Positions 16,903 through 26,381 of a DNA stretch of 64,000 nucleotides are shown here, one piece after another. A program made the translations under genes and the position numbers. The stretch is from an uncultured archaeon (lineage in GTDB: Archaea; Thermoproteota; Nitrososphaeria; Nitrososphaerales; Gagatemarchaeaceae), in contig CAWFOU010000001.1 of assembly GCA_963817525.1 (NCBI GenBank), forward strand, positions 192,001 to 256,000, in the 5' to 3' direction. The notes under the pieces are model-generated. The model made no database searches and was not told where the DNA came from. It worked only from the letters and a program-made list of their open reading frames with translations. Within the stretch, counting starts at the first letter, position 1. Every line of letters begins with the position of its first letter.

Positions 16903-19755
16903 CTACCAGAAAGGCCGCGTCTCTATGAACTTCAGCTTCGCCTCGAGCAGCTCCTTGTAGAACTTCTCATCGTCCTCGTGCATCCTCGCGAGTATCCTGG
17001 CCGCCGTCTGCGGGCCGACCCCGTAGACCGCCTGGGCGACGACCGCCCTCTTCCCGTACGAAAGCACGAGGTCGGCGGCCCTCCTCGCCTTTGCTAGTTC
17101 AGCCCTCTCGTCCTCCGAGAGAGGCGCGTCCGCTCCCCGCGCGAGCTTCCTCCTTACGAGCTCCGTCACCTTGCTGGGGTCGTAGAAGCTGGGGGTCAGC
17201 AGCCCGGCGCCGCACTTTCTGCAGACTGGCTCCTCCGGGAGGTCACCAATCGCCGCACGGCCTTGGCCCTCGCCGCACTTCATGCAGAGCAGCTCGACCG
17301 GGGTGCCGTAGATGCTAAACCTCATCTTCTCGACCGTCGACTTCGCCAGTGAATCGGGCGCGACGAGCTCGGGGACCTCGAGGTACTTGTAGAGGATGCT
17401 GTACGCGATGGGCGTGGGCCTCTCCTGGGAGAGGAACGTCTCCACGGCCACCTCGCCCCCAGCCACCTTGACGAGGAGAGCCTTGGCCCTAGGCATGTCT
17501 ATCATGTCCCTCCCTGTCTCCTGGACCGCCTCCTCGAATATCGGGGTCTTCTCGAACCTTGTGGGCAGCGAGCAGAGGTTGGGGTGCGCGATGAACTGTC
17601 CTCGCCGGAGCGCCCCGAACCTCTCGGCGACCTGCTTCACCCTCGTGGGGAAAGGGAAGTTCCTCTGCGCAGCGACCGCGTACGTCTCCTCGAACTCCTC
17701 CGGGGACATCCCGAAGAGGTCTCCCGAGATCTGCTTCAGGTCCAGCTCGGAGGCGTCGGTCGTGAGCTCGATTAGTATCCTGTAGCCGTCCATGTACCAC
17801 AGCCTGATCAACCCCCTCCTCGACAGCACCTCCTCGAAGGTGTAGGCCAGGAGGCGGTTCACCTTCTCCCCGAAACACGAGTGCACGACAAGGTACTTCT
17901 GCCATCCCTCGACCAGGATGAGGTCGTCGCTCGGAAGGGGGGCGCCCGTCTTCATATGCTCGCCGATCGTGTCCGCGACGAGCTTCATCGCGGCCTCCGT
18001 CACCGGGAGCTGCTCGCTCATGGCCCGGGCCGCCTCCTCGGCGGACGACCCCGAGACCAGCGCCCCGACCTGCTTCCTCAGTTCGCCGCTCCTCTGGGCG
18101 AGCGCGAAGGGGACTGGGAGCATCTCCCCGTCCCACCCGGGCACGGCTGCCAGGGGGTCCTCGACCGAGGTGACGTAGATCTTCCTATCGTCCGCGATCT
18201 TCTCCATCTGCCATATCCTTCCCTTCAGGATGAAGTGGAGCCCCACCTTGGCTTGGAGCATCACGAACTCCTCCCCGAGGATCCCGACCGTCTGGTTGTT
18301 TGCCACGTCGATCACAAAATATCTCGTCTCATCGGGGATGGTCGAGAGGTTCTGGTAGTAGTACTCCCTCGTGCCCCTAGTCCTAGCGAGCTTCCCCCCG
18401 TCTCTCCTCAGCTTCCTCAGCTCGGAGAGGTAGGAGACCACCCTCTCGAGCGCCTCGGCGTCGAGGTCCCTGTAGGGGTGGCACGCCCTGAACTCTTGGA
18501 GGAGGGTCGCCGGGTCGACCATGTCAAAGTCCATCAGGTACCCCGCTATCTGGTGCGCCAGCACGTCGAGGCTCTTCTCGTAGGGCTGGGTCTCCTCCAT
18601 CCTCCCGCGGGTCGCCTGCGATACGGCGGCAGTCGACTCTAGTATGTCGTCCGCCCCGACCGTGAGCAGGACCCCCTTCGAGACCCGCTGGAGGCTGTGG
18701 CCCGACCGTCCGACCCTCTGGATCAGGGATGTCACCTGCCTGGGGGACATGTACTGGACGACGAGGTCCACCGCCCCGATGTCGATGCCGAGCTCCAGAG
18801 TGGAGGTGCAGACGAGCGCCCTGACCTCCCCGGCCCTGAAGGCGGCCTCGACCCTCTCCCTCTCCTCGCGAGGGAGCGAGCCGTGGTGGACACCCACGTC
18901 TCCGCGCATCCTGTTGAGCTTCTCTCCCAGCATCTCCGCGGTGGTCCTGCTGTTCACGAACACGAGGGTGGACTTGTGAGACGAGATCAGGTCGCTCATC
19001 CTCGCGAGCCTCGCCGCGAGGTCGAGGGTCGTGAAGATCTCCTTCGAGACCGCGCCGTCCTCAGGCTTGGGCGTGGGGTACTCGACGAAGTATCCGACCT
19101 GCTTGGGGGCGGGCGCGCGCACTATCGCATATGGAGCTCGACCGAAGATGAAGCTCGCCGCGGTCTCGGGGCTCCCTATTGTCGCGGATAGCGCGACCAC
19201 CTGGTAGTTGCCCGCGACCTTCCTGAGCCGCTGCAGACCCACGGTGAGCTGGACCCCCCTCTTGCTCTCGACGAGGTTGTGAAGCTCGTCCACGACGACC
19301 GCCCTGACGTCGGCCAGGCTCTCGCGCATCCTGCTCCCAGGGAGCATGGCCTGGAGGGTCTCGGGGGTCGTGACGAGGACGTCCGGAGGGTCCCTCGACT
19401 GGCGCTGTCTCTGGGCTTGCGGGGTGTCGCCGTGCCGGACGTCTAGGGTCAGCGAGAGCTTCCCGCACCAGAACTGGAGGCGCCTGAGCATGTCCCTGTT
19501 CAGCGCCCGAAGGGGTGTGATGTAGAGTAGCGATATCCCGTGCCTCGGCCCCCGGTTCACGAGGCTGCTAAGCAGGGGGAGGATCGCCGCCTCGGTCTTC
19601 CCCGACCCGGTGGGCGCGACTATCAGGACGTTCTCTCCCTTCGCTACCAGCGGTATGGCCTCCGTCTGCGGCGGCGTCGGCGCTGTTATCCCGCTCTCCT
19701 GCAGGAGGGCCCTCACGGGGTCCGCGAGGGAGTCGAAGGCCTCAATCCCCGCCAA
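16903..19755 (-). CDS. lhr: Lhr-like DEAD/DEAH-box helicase
   Basis: APTGSGKTEAA, TPLRALNRD, VDELH, LSAT, TSTLELGIDIG, QRVGRSGH; C-terminal CxxC pair; TTG start at 19755 assumed. Confidence 0.92.
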   Translation of the reverse strand: MAGIEAFDSLADPVRALLQESGITAPTPPQTEAIPLVAKGENVLIVAPTGSGKTEAAILPLLSSLVNRGPRHGISLLYITPLRALNRDMLRRLQFWCGKLSLTLDVRHGDTPQAQRQRQSRDPPDVLVTTPETLQAMLPGSRMRESLADVRAVVVDELHNLVESKRGVQLTVGLQRLRKVAGNYQVVALSATIGSPETAASFIFGRAPYAIVRAPAPKQVGYFVEYPTPKPEDGAVSKEIFTTLDLAARLARMSDLISSHKSTLVFVNSRTTAEMLGEKLNRMRGDVGVHHGSLPREERERVEAAFRAGEVRALVCTSTLELGIDIGAVDLVVQYMSPRQVTSLIQRVGRSGHSLQRVSKGVLLTVGADDILESTAAVSQATRGRMEETQPYEKSLDVLAHQIAGYLMDFDMVDPATLLQEFRACHPYRDLDAEALERVVSYLSELRKLRRDGGKLARTRGTREYYYQNLSTIPDETRYFVIDVANNQTVGILGEEFVMLQAKVGLHFILKGRIWQMEKIADDRKIYVTSVEDPLAAVPGWDGEMLPVPFALAQRSGELRKQVGALVSGSSAEEAARAMSEQLPVTEAAMKLVADTIGEHMKTGAPLPSDDLILVEGWQKYLVVHSCFGEKVNRLLAYTFEEVLSRRGLIRLWYMDGYRILIELTTDASELDLKQISGDLFGMSPEEFEETYAVAAQRNFPFPTRVKQVAERFGALRRGQFIAHPNLCSLPTRFEKTPIFEEAVQETGRDMIDMPRAKALLVKVAGGEVAVETFLSQERPTPIAYSILYKYLEVPELVAPDSLAKSTVEKMRFSIYGTPVELLCMKCGEGQGRAAIGDLPEEPVCRKCGAGLLTPSFYDPSKVTELVRRKLARGADAPLSEDERAELAKARRAADLVLSYGKRAVVAQAVYGVGPQTAARILARMHEDDEKFYKELLEAKLKFIETRPFW

Positions 19756-20116
19756 GCGAGCCACCCGACACAATCCTAGTGCCTTCTGTCTTAATCCGCC
19801 CGCCCGCGCACGCCTCGCACTCGCACGTCGAGAGTAGGTAGTCGTAGGGATAGATCCCCGTGCTGTGCCCATCGGACCACGCGAACGAGATGGCGTAGCG
19901 ACCGACCATCGCGTACCTCTCTGCGAAGATCCCCGCAGGAGCCGCCACCATGAGCGGGATCATCCGGCTCGTCCCTATCGCGGGCGGCTCTCCCACGCAC
20001 ACTGCGCAGGGGCAGGCCTCGCGCAGTTTCGTGTTGGGGTGGACGCTCTCGTGGCCGTCGCTCCAGTCAATGGTCACCTGCGAAACACCCAACGAGACCT
20101 TCCTAGGGACTGGCAA
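19742..20116 (-). CDS. DUF971 (GBBH-like N-terminal domain) protein
   Basis: IDWSDGH, LREACPCAVC, VGRYAISFAWSDGHSTGIYPYDYL. Confidence 0.9.
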   Translation of the reverse strand: MPVPRKVSLGVSQVTIDWSDGHESVHPNTKLREACPCAVCVGEPPAIGTSRMIPLMVAAPAGIFAERYAMVGRYAISFAWSDGHSTGIYPYDYLLSTCECEACAGGRIKTEGTRIVSGGSLGGD

Positions 20117-20205
20117 CTCAGGGCGTTCTGGTCAGTTCCCATTGATAAGGGTTGGCGGCTTGCGTCTTGGGGAAACGGTTATCTCACCCCGCCGGATGGA
20201 CGGAG

Positions 20206-20601
20206 TTGGATTTGGCAGAGCTATCGGAGAAGGCGAAGAAACTGCTGATTGGGAAGAACTTCGCTTTCGTGGCGACAATAAACAAGGACGGCAGCCCACA
20301 GCTCACGCCGACGTGGATTGACACGGACGGGGCGAACGTCCTCGTCAACACCGCCCTTGGACGGCAGAAGAGCAAGAACGTAGCCCGCGACCCACGCGTG
20401 ACCATAGGGGTCTTCGACTCCTCCAACCCCTACGACTACATCTCGATCAGCGGAAGGGTCGCGAAGAAGGTGACGGGCAAGGCCGCGGACGACCACATCG
20501 ACAAGCTCGCGAAAAAGTACACGGGGGCGTCGAAATACGCCGGGCGGGCACCGAAAGAGAAGAGGGTCATCCTCGTGATACGGCCGACGAAGAGCGTCTG
20601 A
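20206..20601 (+). CDS. PPOX-class F420-dependent oxidoreductase
   Basis: VATINKDGSPQLTPTW, KSKNVARDPRV, HIDKLAKKY, RVILVIRP. Confidence 0.9.
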   Translation: MDLAELSEKAKKLLIGKNFAFVATINKDGSPQLTPTWIDTDGANVLVNTALGRQKSKNVARDPRVTIGVFDSSNPYDYISISGRVAKKVTGKAADDHIDKLAKKYTGASKYAGRAPKEKRVILVIRPTKSV

Positions 20602-20724
20602 GAGTGCATCACTACGCCAACATGCATATGCGACGTCTGCAAGCACCTCAACACCGCCTCCTGCTCAAGCTGCAAGTGCTGCTCCTATAGGAAGGTCGCG
20701 TGCATCCAGATCGAGACCGCCTGA
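20602..20724 (+). CDS. Cys-rich metallothionein-like peptide, no in-frame start
   Basis: ECITTPTCICDVCKHLNTASCSSCKCCSYRKVACIQIETA*; 9 Cys in 40 aa; strongly host-like codons. Confidence 0.5.
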   Translation, partial: ECITTPTCICDVCKHLNTASCSSCKCCSYRKVACIQIETA

Positions 20725-20773
20725 CGACGGGCGGCATCGAGATATACCGCGCCCTGCATCGCCTGGTCGCGAC

Positions 20774-21658
20774 ATGAAGAACCCTCGGATCGGCTTCATC
20801 GGACTCGGGATAATGGGCAGGTCGATGGCCCTGAACCTGCTCAAGGCGGGCTTCCAGGTGGCCGTCTACAACAGGAGCAAGCCACCCATGGACCTCCTGG
20901 TCTCCAAGGGCGCCTCTGCCTCTTCCTCGCCGAAGGCGGTCGCGGAGCGCAGCGACGTCGTGATCACCATGGTCACGGACTCGGAGGCGGTGCGGGATGT
21001 GGTCCTCGGCAAGGGCGGAGTGATCGACGGCGCGCGCGAAGGGCTCGTCCTCATCGACATGAGCACCATCTCGCCCAGCACCGCGAGGAGCGTCTCGGAG
21101 GCGCTCGCGGCGAAGGGTACGAGGATGCTCGACGCTCCCGTGAGCGGCGGAGACACGGGCGCCAGGGAGGGGACCCTGACGATAATGGTGGGCGGGGACC
21201 CAGCTGTTTTCGAAGACTGCCTGCCTGTCCTGCAGTTGATGGGAAAGAAGGTTGTGCACATGGGCGGGACGGGCGCCGGGCAGCTCACCAAGCTCGCCAA
21301 CCAGATCCTGGTGGCGTGCAACATGATCGGCGTCTCCGAGTGCCTCAACTTCGCGAAGAAGTCAGAGCTCGACGTGGGGAAGCTCATCGACTCGCTGTCG
21401 TCAGGGGCCGCCTCCTCGTGGGCCTTGGTCAACCTCGGGCCGAGGATGGCGAGGCGTGATTTTGCTCCTGGCTTCAAGGTGAAGCTCCTCCAGAAGGACC
21501 TCCGTTACGTCCTCGCGGCCGCCGACGAGGTGGACGCCGCTCTGCCCGCCACGGCGCTGGTGCACCAGCTCTACGAGCAGCTCGAGGAGAAGGGGCTGGG
21601 CGAGGTGGGGACGCAGGCCCTCCTCACGGCCGTCGAGGACCTTTCCAGCGATGCCTGA
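20774..21658 (+). CDS. beta-hydroxyacid dehydrogenase (3-hydroxyisobutyrate / 2-hydroxy-3-oxopropionate reductase family)
   Basis: GFIGLGIMG, DMSTISP, DAPVSGG, GAGQLTKLANQ, KDL. Confidence 0.92.
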   Translation: MKNPRIGFIGLGIMGRSMALNLLKAGFQVAVYNRSKPPMDLLVSKGASASSSPKAVAERSDVVITMVTDSEAVRDVVLGKGGVIDGAREGLVLIDMSTISPSTARSVSEALAAKGTRMLDAPVSGGDTGAREGTLTIMVGGDPAVFEDCLPVLQLMGKKVVHMGGTGAGQLTKLANQILVACNMIGVSECLNFAKKSELDVGKLIDSLSSGAASSWALVNLGPRMARRDFAPGFKVKLLQKDLRYVLAAADEVDAALPATALVHQLYEQLEEKGLGEVGTQALLTAVEDLSSDA

Positions 21659-21701
21659 ACCCGGGATAACCCTAAATAGCGCTGCCACTCGACAAACTTC
21701 C

Positions 21702-21836
21702 ATGTGCGACTGCGAAGAACTAGAGTTCGAGGATTTCCAGGTCATGCTGGCAGCGCTCTCAAAGGCCCCCGACACAGAACAGGTCCCGCTCGAGGCGCCT
21801 CTCATCCAGGCGGCCGCGCCAAAGCGCGCAAAGTAG
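21702..21836 (+). CDS. small protein, 44 aa (MCDCEELEFEDF...)
   Basis: ATG ~25 nt after a TATA-like CTAAATA; host-like codons. Confidence 0.5.
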   Translation: MCDCEELEFEDFQVMLAALSKAPDTEQVPLEAPLIQAAAPKRAK

Positions 21837-21893
21837 CCTGAAAAGCGCCGCGCAGTCGGCGGCCTTCCGAACGACAAAGATGCTGATAGGAAT

Positions 21894-21937
21894 AACCGAC
21901 GCAGCATAACTTATAAGATATGAATATCGCGTCGGTT
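21894..21937. promoter_or_regulatory. nested palindromes upstream of the methionine operon
   Basis: AACCGACGC...GCGTCGGTT (9-bp perfect inverted repeat) encloses CATAACTTATAAGATATG (16/18 palindromic). Confidence 0.5.
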
Positions 21938-21975
21938 TTCTTGGCGAAGCTTTTACTCCGCATTTCCGGAGGCCG

Positions 21976-23004
21976 GTGAAGTTGACCGAATTTCAGGTGT
22001 CGTTGACGGGAGTCCACGCGAGGAATGAGAAGACGATCCAGGCCACCCAGGACTGGGAGAGGAGCAGGATCAACGAGGTGACGCTCAAGGAGAGCTTCGA
22101 CAGGGACTGCGACTCGCTCGTCGAGCTCCAGAGAAAGGTCGGGGCGGAGTACGTCACGGACGGGCAGATCACCCTCGCGTGGCAGGACCTCTTCCGCCCG
22201 ATAAGCTCCGGGTTCGAGGGGCTCGAGCCAGGCCCGATGGTCAGGTGGTTCAACACCAACACTTTCTTCTACACGCCGATAGTCAAAGGCCCGATCTCGA
22301 GCGACGGCAAGGCCCTGTCCAAGGCCGTCGAGAAGAGGTTCGCGGAGGGCGGCCAGCCGCTCAAGATAATCCTGCCCGACCCACTGACCTTCGCGGAGCT
22401 CGCGGAGGACAGGCACTACGGCAGCAAGGAGAAGCTGCTTTTCGCGTACACGGATGCCCTGCGAGGCGAGCTCCGGGGGCTCTCCTCCCTCGGAGTGAAA
22501 TACGTCCAGTTCTCCGCCCCGAGCCTGGTCTACAGGCTGATGCAGAAGCCCTTCTCGCGCGCCGGCCTCAAGCAGCTCGGCGAGGCCATCAGGAACGGCC
22601 TAAAAGGGGTCTCGTTGAGGAGCGGGTTCTATCCGTTCTTCGGCGACTCGGGTCCGTACCTCCCTGACCTGCTCGACGCCATCCCAACCGACGACATCGG
22701 GGTGGACCTCACCCAGACGGACGACTCCTCCCTCTCGGCCACGGGCAAGGGGATAGTCGCCGGGATAGTCGACTCGCGGACCACCTACCTGGAGGACGTG
22801 GAGTCGCTCGCGACCCGGGTCGAGGACGTGGTGGACCGGACCGGCACCAAGACCCTCACCCTCTCGCCTTCTGCGGACCTCAGGTTCATCCCGCGCGTCA
22901 GCGCCGACGAGAAGCTGGAGCTCCTCGGGCTGCTAAGGGCCAGGGTAAGCCGGGGTGGCACGCCGGCGAAGGCGAAGGTCGCCTCGAGGAGGAGAGGAAA
23001 GTGA
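21976..23004 (+). CDS. split MetE, N-terminal (folate-binding-like) subunit
   Basis: VTDGQ, VRWFNTNTFFYTP, LPDPLTF, GIVDSRTT, SPSADL; lacks the HxC zinc motif. Confidence 0.8.
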   Translation: MKLTEFQVSLTGVHARNEKTIQATQDWERSRINEVTLKESFDRDCDSLVELQRKVGAEYVTDGQITLAWQDLFRPISSGFEGLEPGPMVRWFNTNTFFYTPIVKGPISSDGKALSKAVEKRFAEGGQPLKIILPDPLTFAELAEDRHYGSKEKLLFAYTDALRGELRGLSSLGVKYVQFSAPSLVYRLMQKPFSRAGLKQLGEAIRNGLKGVSLRSGFYPFFGDSGPYLPDLLDAIPTDDIGVDLTQTDDSSLSATGKGIVAGIVDSRTTYLEDVESLATRVEDVVDRTGTKTLTLSPSADLRFIPRVSADEKLELLGLLRARVSRGGTPAKAKVASRRRGK

Positions 23005-24194
23005 AGGCCTTCCCTACGCAGGAGATAGGCAGCCTTCCCAAGTTCGGCTGGAGGACCAAGCCCTTCAGGCAGATGGCGCTCTCGGACGACGACCTGGAGG
23101 CCGCGAGACAGTGGGGCGACCGCCTCCAAGTGGAGGGAAGGACCGACCTCTATAGGTTGCTCTCGAAGCGCTACTCCTTCTCCGAGGAGGAGAAGAAGAC
23201 CATCGTCGACTTCTCCCTCGTATACGCGATCCGCATGTGCGAGACCGCCGGACAGGGCCTGGCGAAAGAGCCCGGGCTCGACCTGGTGTGGAGCGGCGAG
23301 CAGGCGAGGACCGAGATGTACGAGACGCCCGTCTCCAACATAGACGGCTTCGACTTCGTGGGCAGGGTCAGGAGCTTCGACAACAAGTACTGGAGGATGG
23401 CCTCGATACGCTCTGCCCCCAAGTACAAGGAAAACTACCACCTCTCGGAGCTCCTCTTCACCGAGGAGCGCGCCGAGCGCAAGCTCAAGGTCCCCGTGAC
23501 CGACGCGATCACGATAATGGCCTGGTCAGACAACAACTACTACACGGGCAAGTGGGCGAACAAGGCCGGGCTGACCCCAGCGAAGAGGAGCTTCAGCGCC
23601 AGGCGCGAGTTCACCCTGGAGCTCGCCAAGATAATCCGAAGGGTCATCCGTGAGCTGATCGAGAAGGGCGTCGAAGAGGTCCAGATAGACATCCCCGCGG
23701 CGACCCAGTACCAGTCCGAGGACGACATAAAGCTGGTAACCGAGGCATTCAACGAGACGACCAAGGGGCTCGACGCCACCTTCAGCGTGCACAGCTGCTT
23801 CCCCCCCAACACGGGGTACGGGATCCTCTTCCCGCACCTCCTAGAGATGAAGAAGTGCGAGCGCTTCTCCCTGGAGTACGGCAACCGCGACACCTTCGAC
23901 AGAGGGCTCGACGCAAAGTCCAGGGTCGGGTTCGAGGACCTGAAGCTGTTCAGGGAGTATGGCTTCAAGAAGCAGCTGGGAGTGGGGGTCATCCACATCC
24001 ACACGGACACCCTCCCTAGCATCGAGGTCGTGAGGGACCGCGTGCTGTATTCGGCGAAGGTGACGGACCTTCCGCCGGAGAACCTCTACGTCAACCCGGA
24101 CTGCGGCCTCCGCACAAGGCGCCCCGAGATAGCGCAGAAGATGCTCGACCTCGTGGTCGGGGGCGCCGACCTCGCGAGGCGCAAGTCCACTTGA
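23001..24194 (+). CDS. metE: cobalamin-independent methionine synthase, catalytic subunit
   Basis: PTQEIGSLPK, GEQARTEM, VRSFDNKY, VQID, VHSC, SLEY, VNPDCGLRTR (zinc ligands His/Cys/Glu/Cys). Confidence 0.88.
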   Translation: MKAFPTQEIGSLPKFGWRTKPFRQMALSDDDLEAARQWGDRLQVEGRTDLYRLLSKRYSFSEEEKKTIVDFSLVYAIRMCETAGQGLAKEPGLDLVWSGEQARTEMYETPVSNIDGFDFVGRVRSFDNKYWRMASIRSAPKYKENYHLSELLFTEERAERKLKVPVTDAITIMAWSDNNYYTGKWANKAGLTPAKRSFSARREFTLELAKIIRRVIRELIEKGVEEVQIDIPAATQYQSEDDIKLVTEAFNETTKGLDATFSVHSCFPPNTGYGILFPHLLEMKKCERFSLEYGNRDTFDRGLDAKSRVGFEDLKLFREYGFKKQLGVGVIHIHTDTLPSIEVVRDRVLYSAKVTDLPPENLYVNPDCGLRTRRPEIAQKMLDLVVGGADLARRKST

Positions 24195-25441
24195 TCCCAA
24201 GGGTCACGACCATCGGCAGCTACCCCGCCTTCCCGAGGGCGGAGGATGTCGAGTACTACTACACCATATCCAGGCACGGGCTGGGCGGCGAGGTCGTAGA
24301 CCCCTACCTGTGGTCGATGGAGGAGGCCCTCAAGGACTTCACCTCGGCCGGCGTCGACGTGCCCTCGACAGGCCAGTCGAGGGGAGACCTCTACTCGCTC
24401 TTCCTCGACCCCAAGTTCGTCAAAGGGATCTCGTGGGATGGGGCGGACGCCTATGTGAACGGCAAGATAGAGAGGCTCGGCTCGATACGGCTCGCGGACG
24501 TCCTCCACGCGAAGAGCATCCTCCCCTCCCAATACGACCTGAAGGAGCCGATTACCGACGCCTACACCCTCGCACGCTTCGCGAAGATCAACACCGGGAG
24601 CTACGCGGACACCCGGGAACTGGCAAGGGAGATCAACAGGAAGATAATCATCCCCGAGATAGAGGACCTTCAGAACTCGAAGGCCGTCTCTTGGATCCAG
24701 CTCGACTCGCCCACCATCGCGGCGGAGTCGTCTACCCCTGACTACATCCAGGGGCTCTACGAGGAGGTCGCCTCGGCCGCGAAGGCTCCCATCGTCGTCC
24801 ACGCCTGCGGTGACGCGGTCAGGATATTCTCCTCGCTCCTCACCAAGCTCAAGGTGGACACCATCTCCCTAGACTTTTACCACTACCCAAAGCTCTTCGA
24901 GGAGGCCGGGAAGAAGAGCTACGACCAAAAGATCGGCCTCGGCTGCACGGACAGCCAGAGCATGAGGGTCGAGACCGTGGACGAGACGAAGCGCCTCATC
25001 GCCTTCGCCGAGGCCAGGCTGGGCAAGGACAGGATCCAGTTCGTCCACCCGCACTGCGGGCAGCGCAACCTCAACCGGGAGGTGGCTTACGAGAAGAACG
25101 TGGTCCTCGCACTCGCGAGGGACGCCGCTTGCTTCGGAGAGCCCGAGGAGGCCTCCGCATCCCACCTCACCGCGAAGGAGTACGACCCCGGAGGCTACTT
25201 CCTCGTCTCCGTAAGCAGGGAGACGAGGGAGATCGTCGTCGCCTACTACACCTACGACCACGTGGCGAAGAAGAGGTACCGCTCAAAGTCCGCGGAGCGG
25301 CTCTTCCAGACGCTCAACGAGGAGGCCGACGGCCTCGGGCTCAGCCGGAGGCACCTCTCCTACCTCACGCTGGAGCTGGGGCGGGCGGAGGCGTCGATCA
25401 CCTCGGGGACGCAGTCCTACCGCCAGAAAGTGATAGAGTGA
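24191..25441 (+). CDS. MetE-like core methyltransferase with a C-terminal DUF4346-like domain
   Basis: TTIGSYP, STGQSRGD, IQLDSP, VHACG, HPHCGQR; tail YDPGGYFLVSVSRE...HLSYLTLELGRAE resembles DUF4346. Confidence 0.78.
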   Translation: MIPRVTTIGSYPAFPRAEDVEYYYTISRHGLGGEVVDPYLWSMEEALKDFTSAGVDVPSTGQSRGDLYSLFLDPKFVKGISWDGADAYVNGKIERLGSIRLADVLHAKSILPSQYDLKEPITDAYTLARFAKINTGSYADTRELAREINRKIIIPEIEDLQNSKAVSWIQLDSPTIAAESSTPDYIQGLYEEVASAAKAPIVVHACGDAVRIFSSLLTKLKVDTISLDFYHYPKLFEEAGKKSYDQKIGLGCTDSQSMRVETVDETKRLIAFAEARLGKDRIQFVHPHCGQRNLNREVAYEKNVVLALARDAACFGEPEEASASHLTAKEYDPGGYFLVSVSRETREIVVAYYTYDHVAKKRYRSKSAERLFQTLNEEADGLGLSRRHLSYLTLELGRAEASITSGTQSYRQKVIE

Positions 25442-26317
25442 TTGAGGCTCGCGGAGCGCCTGAGCCGGGGCATCTTCACCACCATGGTGGAGATCTTTCC
25501 CCCGAACTTCAACTCCGAGATGGCGAAGGAGCCGCTCCTCGGGCTGAGGCAGAAGACCCAGGACATCGTAGCGAGGATGAAGAAGGTCGAGAACCTGGCC
25601 GACTGCATACTCGTCGCTGACATGAAGGACGTCGGGCGGCTGAAGCTCTCCAGCGTGTACACCGCGGCGATGCTGAAGCAAGAGCTCGACATCGAGGTCA
25701 TCCCTGTCATAGGCGCGAGGGACGCCAACCGCTCGGCGGTCCGGACGCTCTTCCTCAGCGCCCTTTCCTACGGGCTCGACTCGGTGATGCTCGTCTGGGG
25801 TGACAAGTACGGGGAGGGCGACGGCTCGAGCAACGTCTACGACTACCCGTCGCTCTCAGCGGTCGTCAAGGAGATGAGGGAGCTCGCCGACAGGGCAAAC
25901 GTGAAGGCGACGATATTGGCGCCGGTCAATGTGGCAGCCCTGGGCACGAAGAAGGGCGACGAGATCGCGTCGTCCAGGATCAAGAGCGGTGCCGACTGCC
26001 TCCTCGCGCAGCCGCCCACCACCGACGTCGCGGAGACGCTCCCCCGACACGAGAAGGCCCTGGAGGAGAAGAAGCTCAAGGATCACGTGCTCCTCAACGT
26101 CTTCCCGTTCACGGGGAAGGAGGACATCGACGCCTGCAGGAAGAGGTTCGGGTGGGACATCTCGGCGGCCTTGGACAGGATGGCCATCGACGGAGGCGAG
26201 GCGAGGCTCCTGAAGGAGTCGAGGTCGGTCGTGGAGAAGATGCGCGACGACCACCTGCCTGGCGTCTACGTCTCGACCAGGGGCAAACCGGAATTGGCGC
26301 GCTTCATCCTGGACTGA
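25442..26317 (+). CDS. metF: methylenetetrahydrofolate reductase family protein
   Basis: VEIFPP, VIPVIGARDAN, LVWGD, KSGADCLLAQP; operon context. Confidence 0.8.
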   Translation: MRLAERLSRGIFTTMVEIFPPNFNSEMAKEPLLGLRQKTQDIVARMKKVENLADCILVADMKDVGRLKLSSVYTAAMLKQELDIEVIPVIGARDANRSAVRTLFLSALSYGLDSVMLVWGDKYGEGDGSSNVYDYPSLSAVVKEMRELADRANVKATILAPVNVAALGTKKGDEIASSRIKSGADCLLAQPPTTDVAETLPRHEKALEEKKLKDHVLLNVFPFTGKEDIDACRKRFGWDISAALDRMAIDGGEARLLKESRSVVEKMRDDHLPGVYVSTRGKPELARFILD

Positions 26318-26381
26318 GGGATGCCGCGAATCCCACGAAGACCTAAATATCGTCCCATGCGCCGATTCTTCGAGTACCTCC

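Noticed and set aside
20599-20601. Selenocysteine at the in-frame TGA
   Set aside because: No recognisable archaeal SECIS nearby, and no Sec machinery visible in the window.
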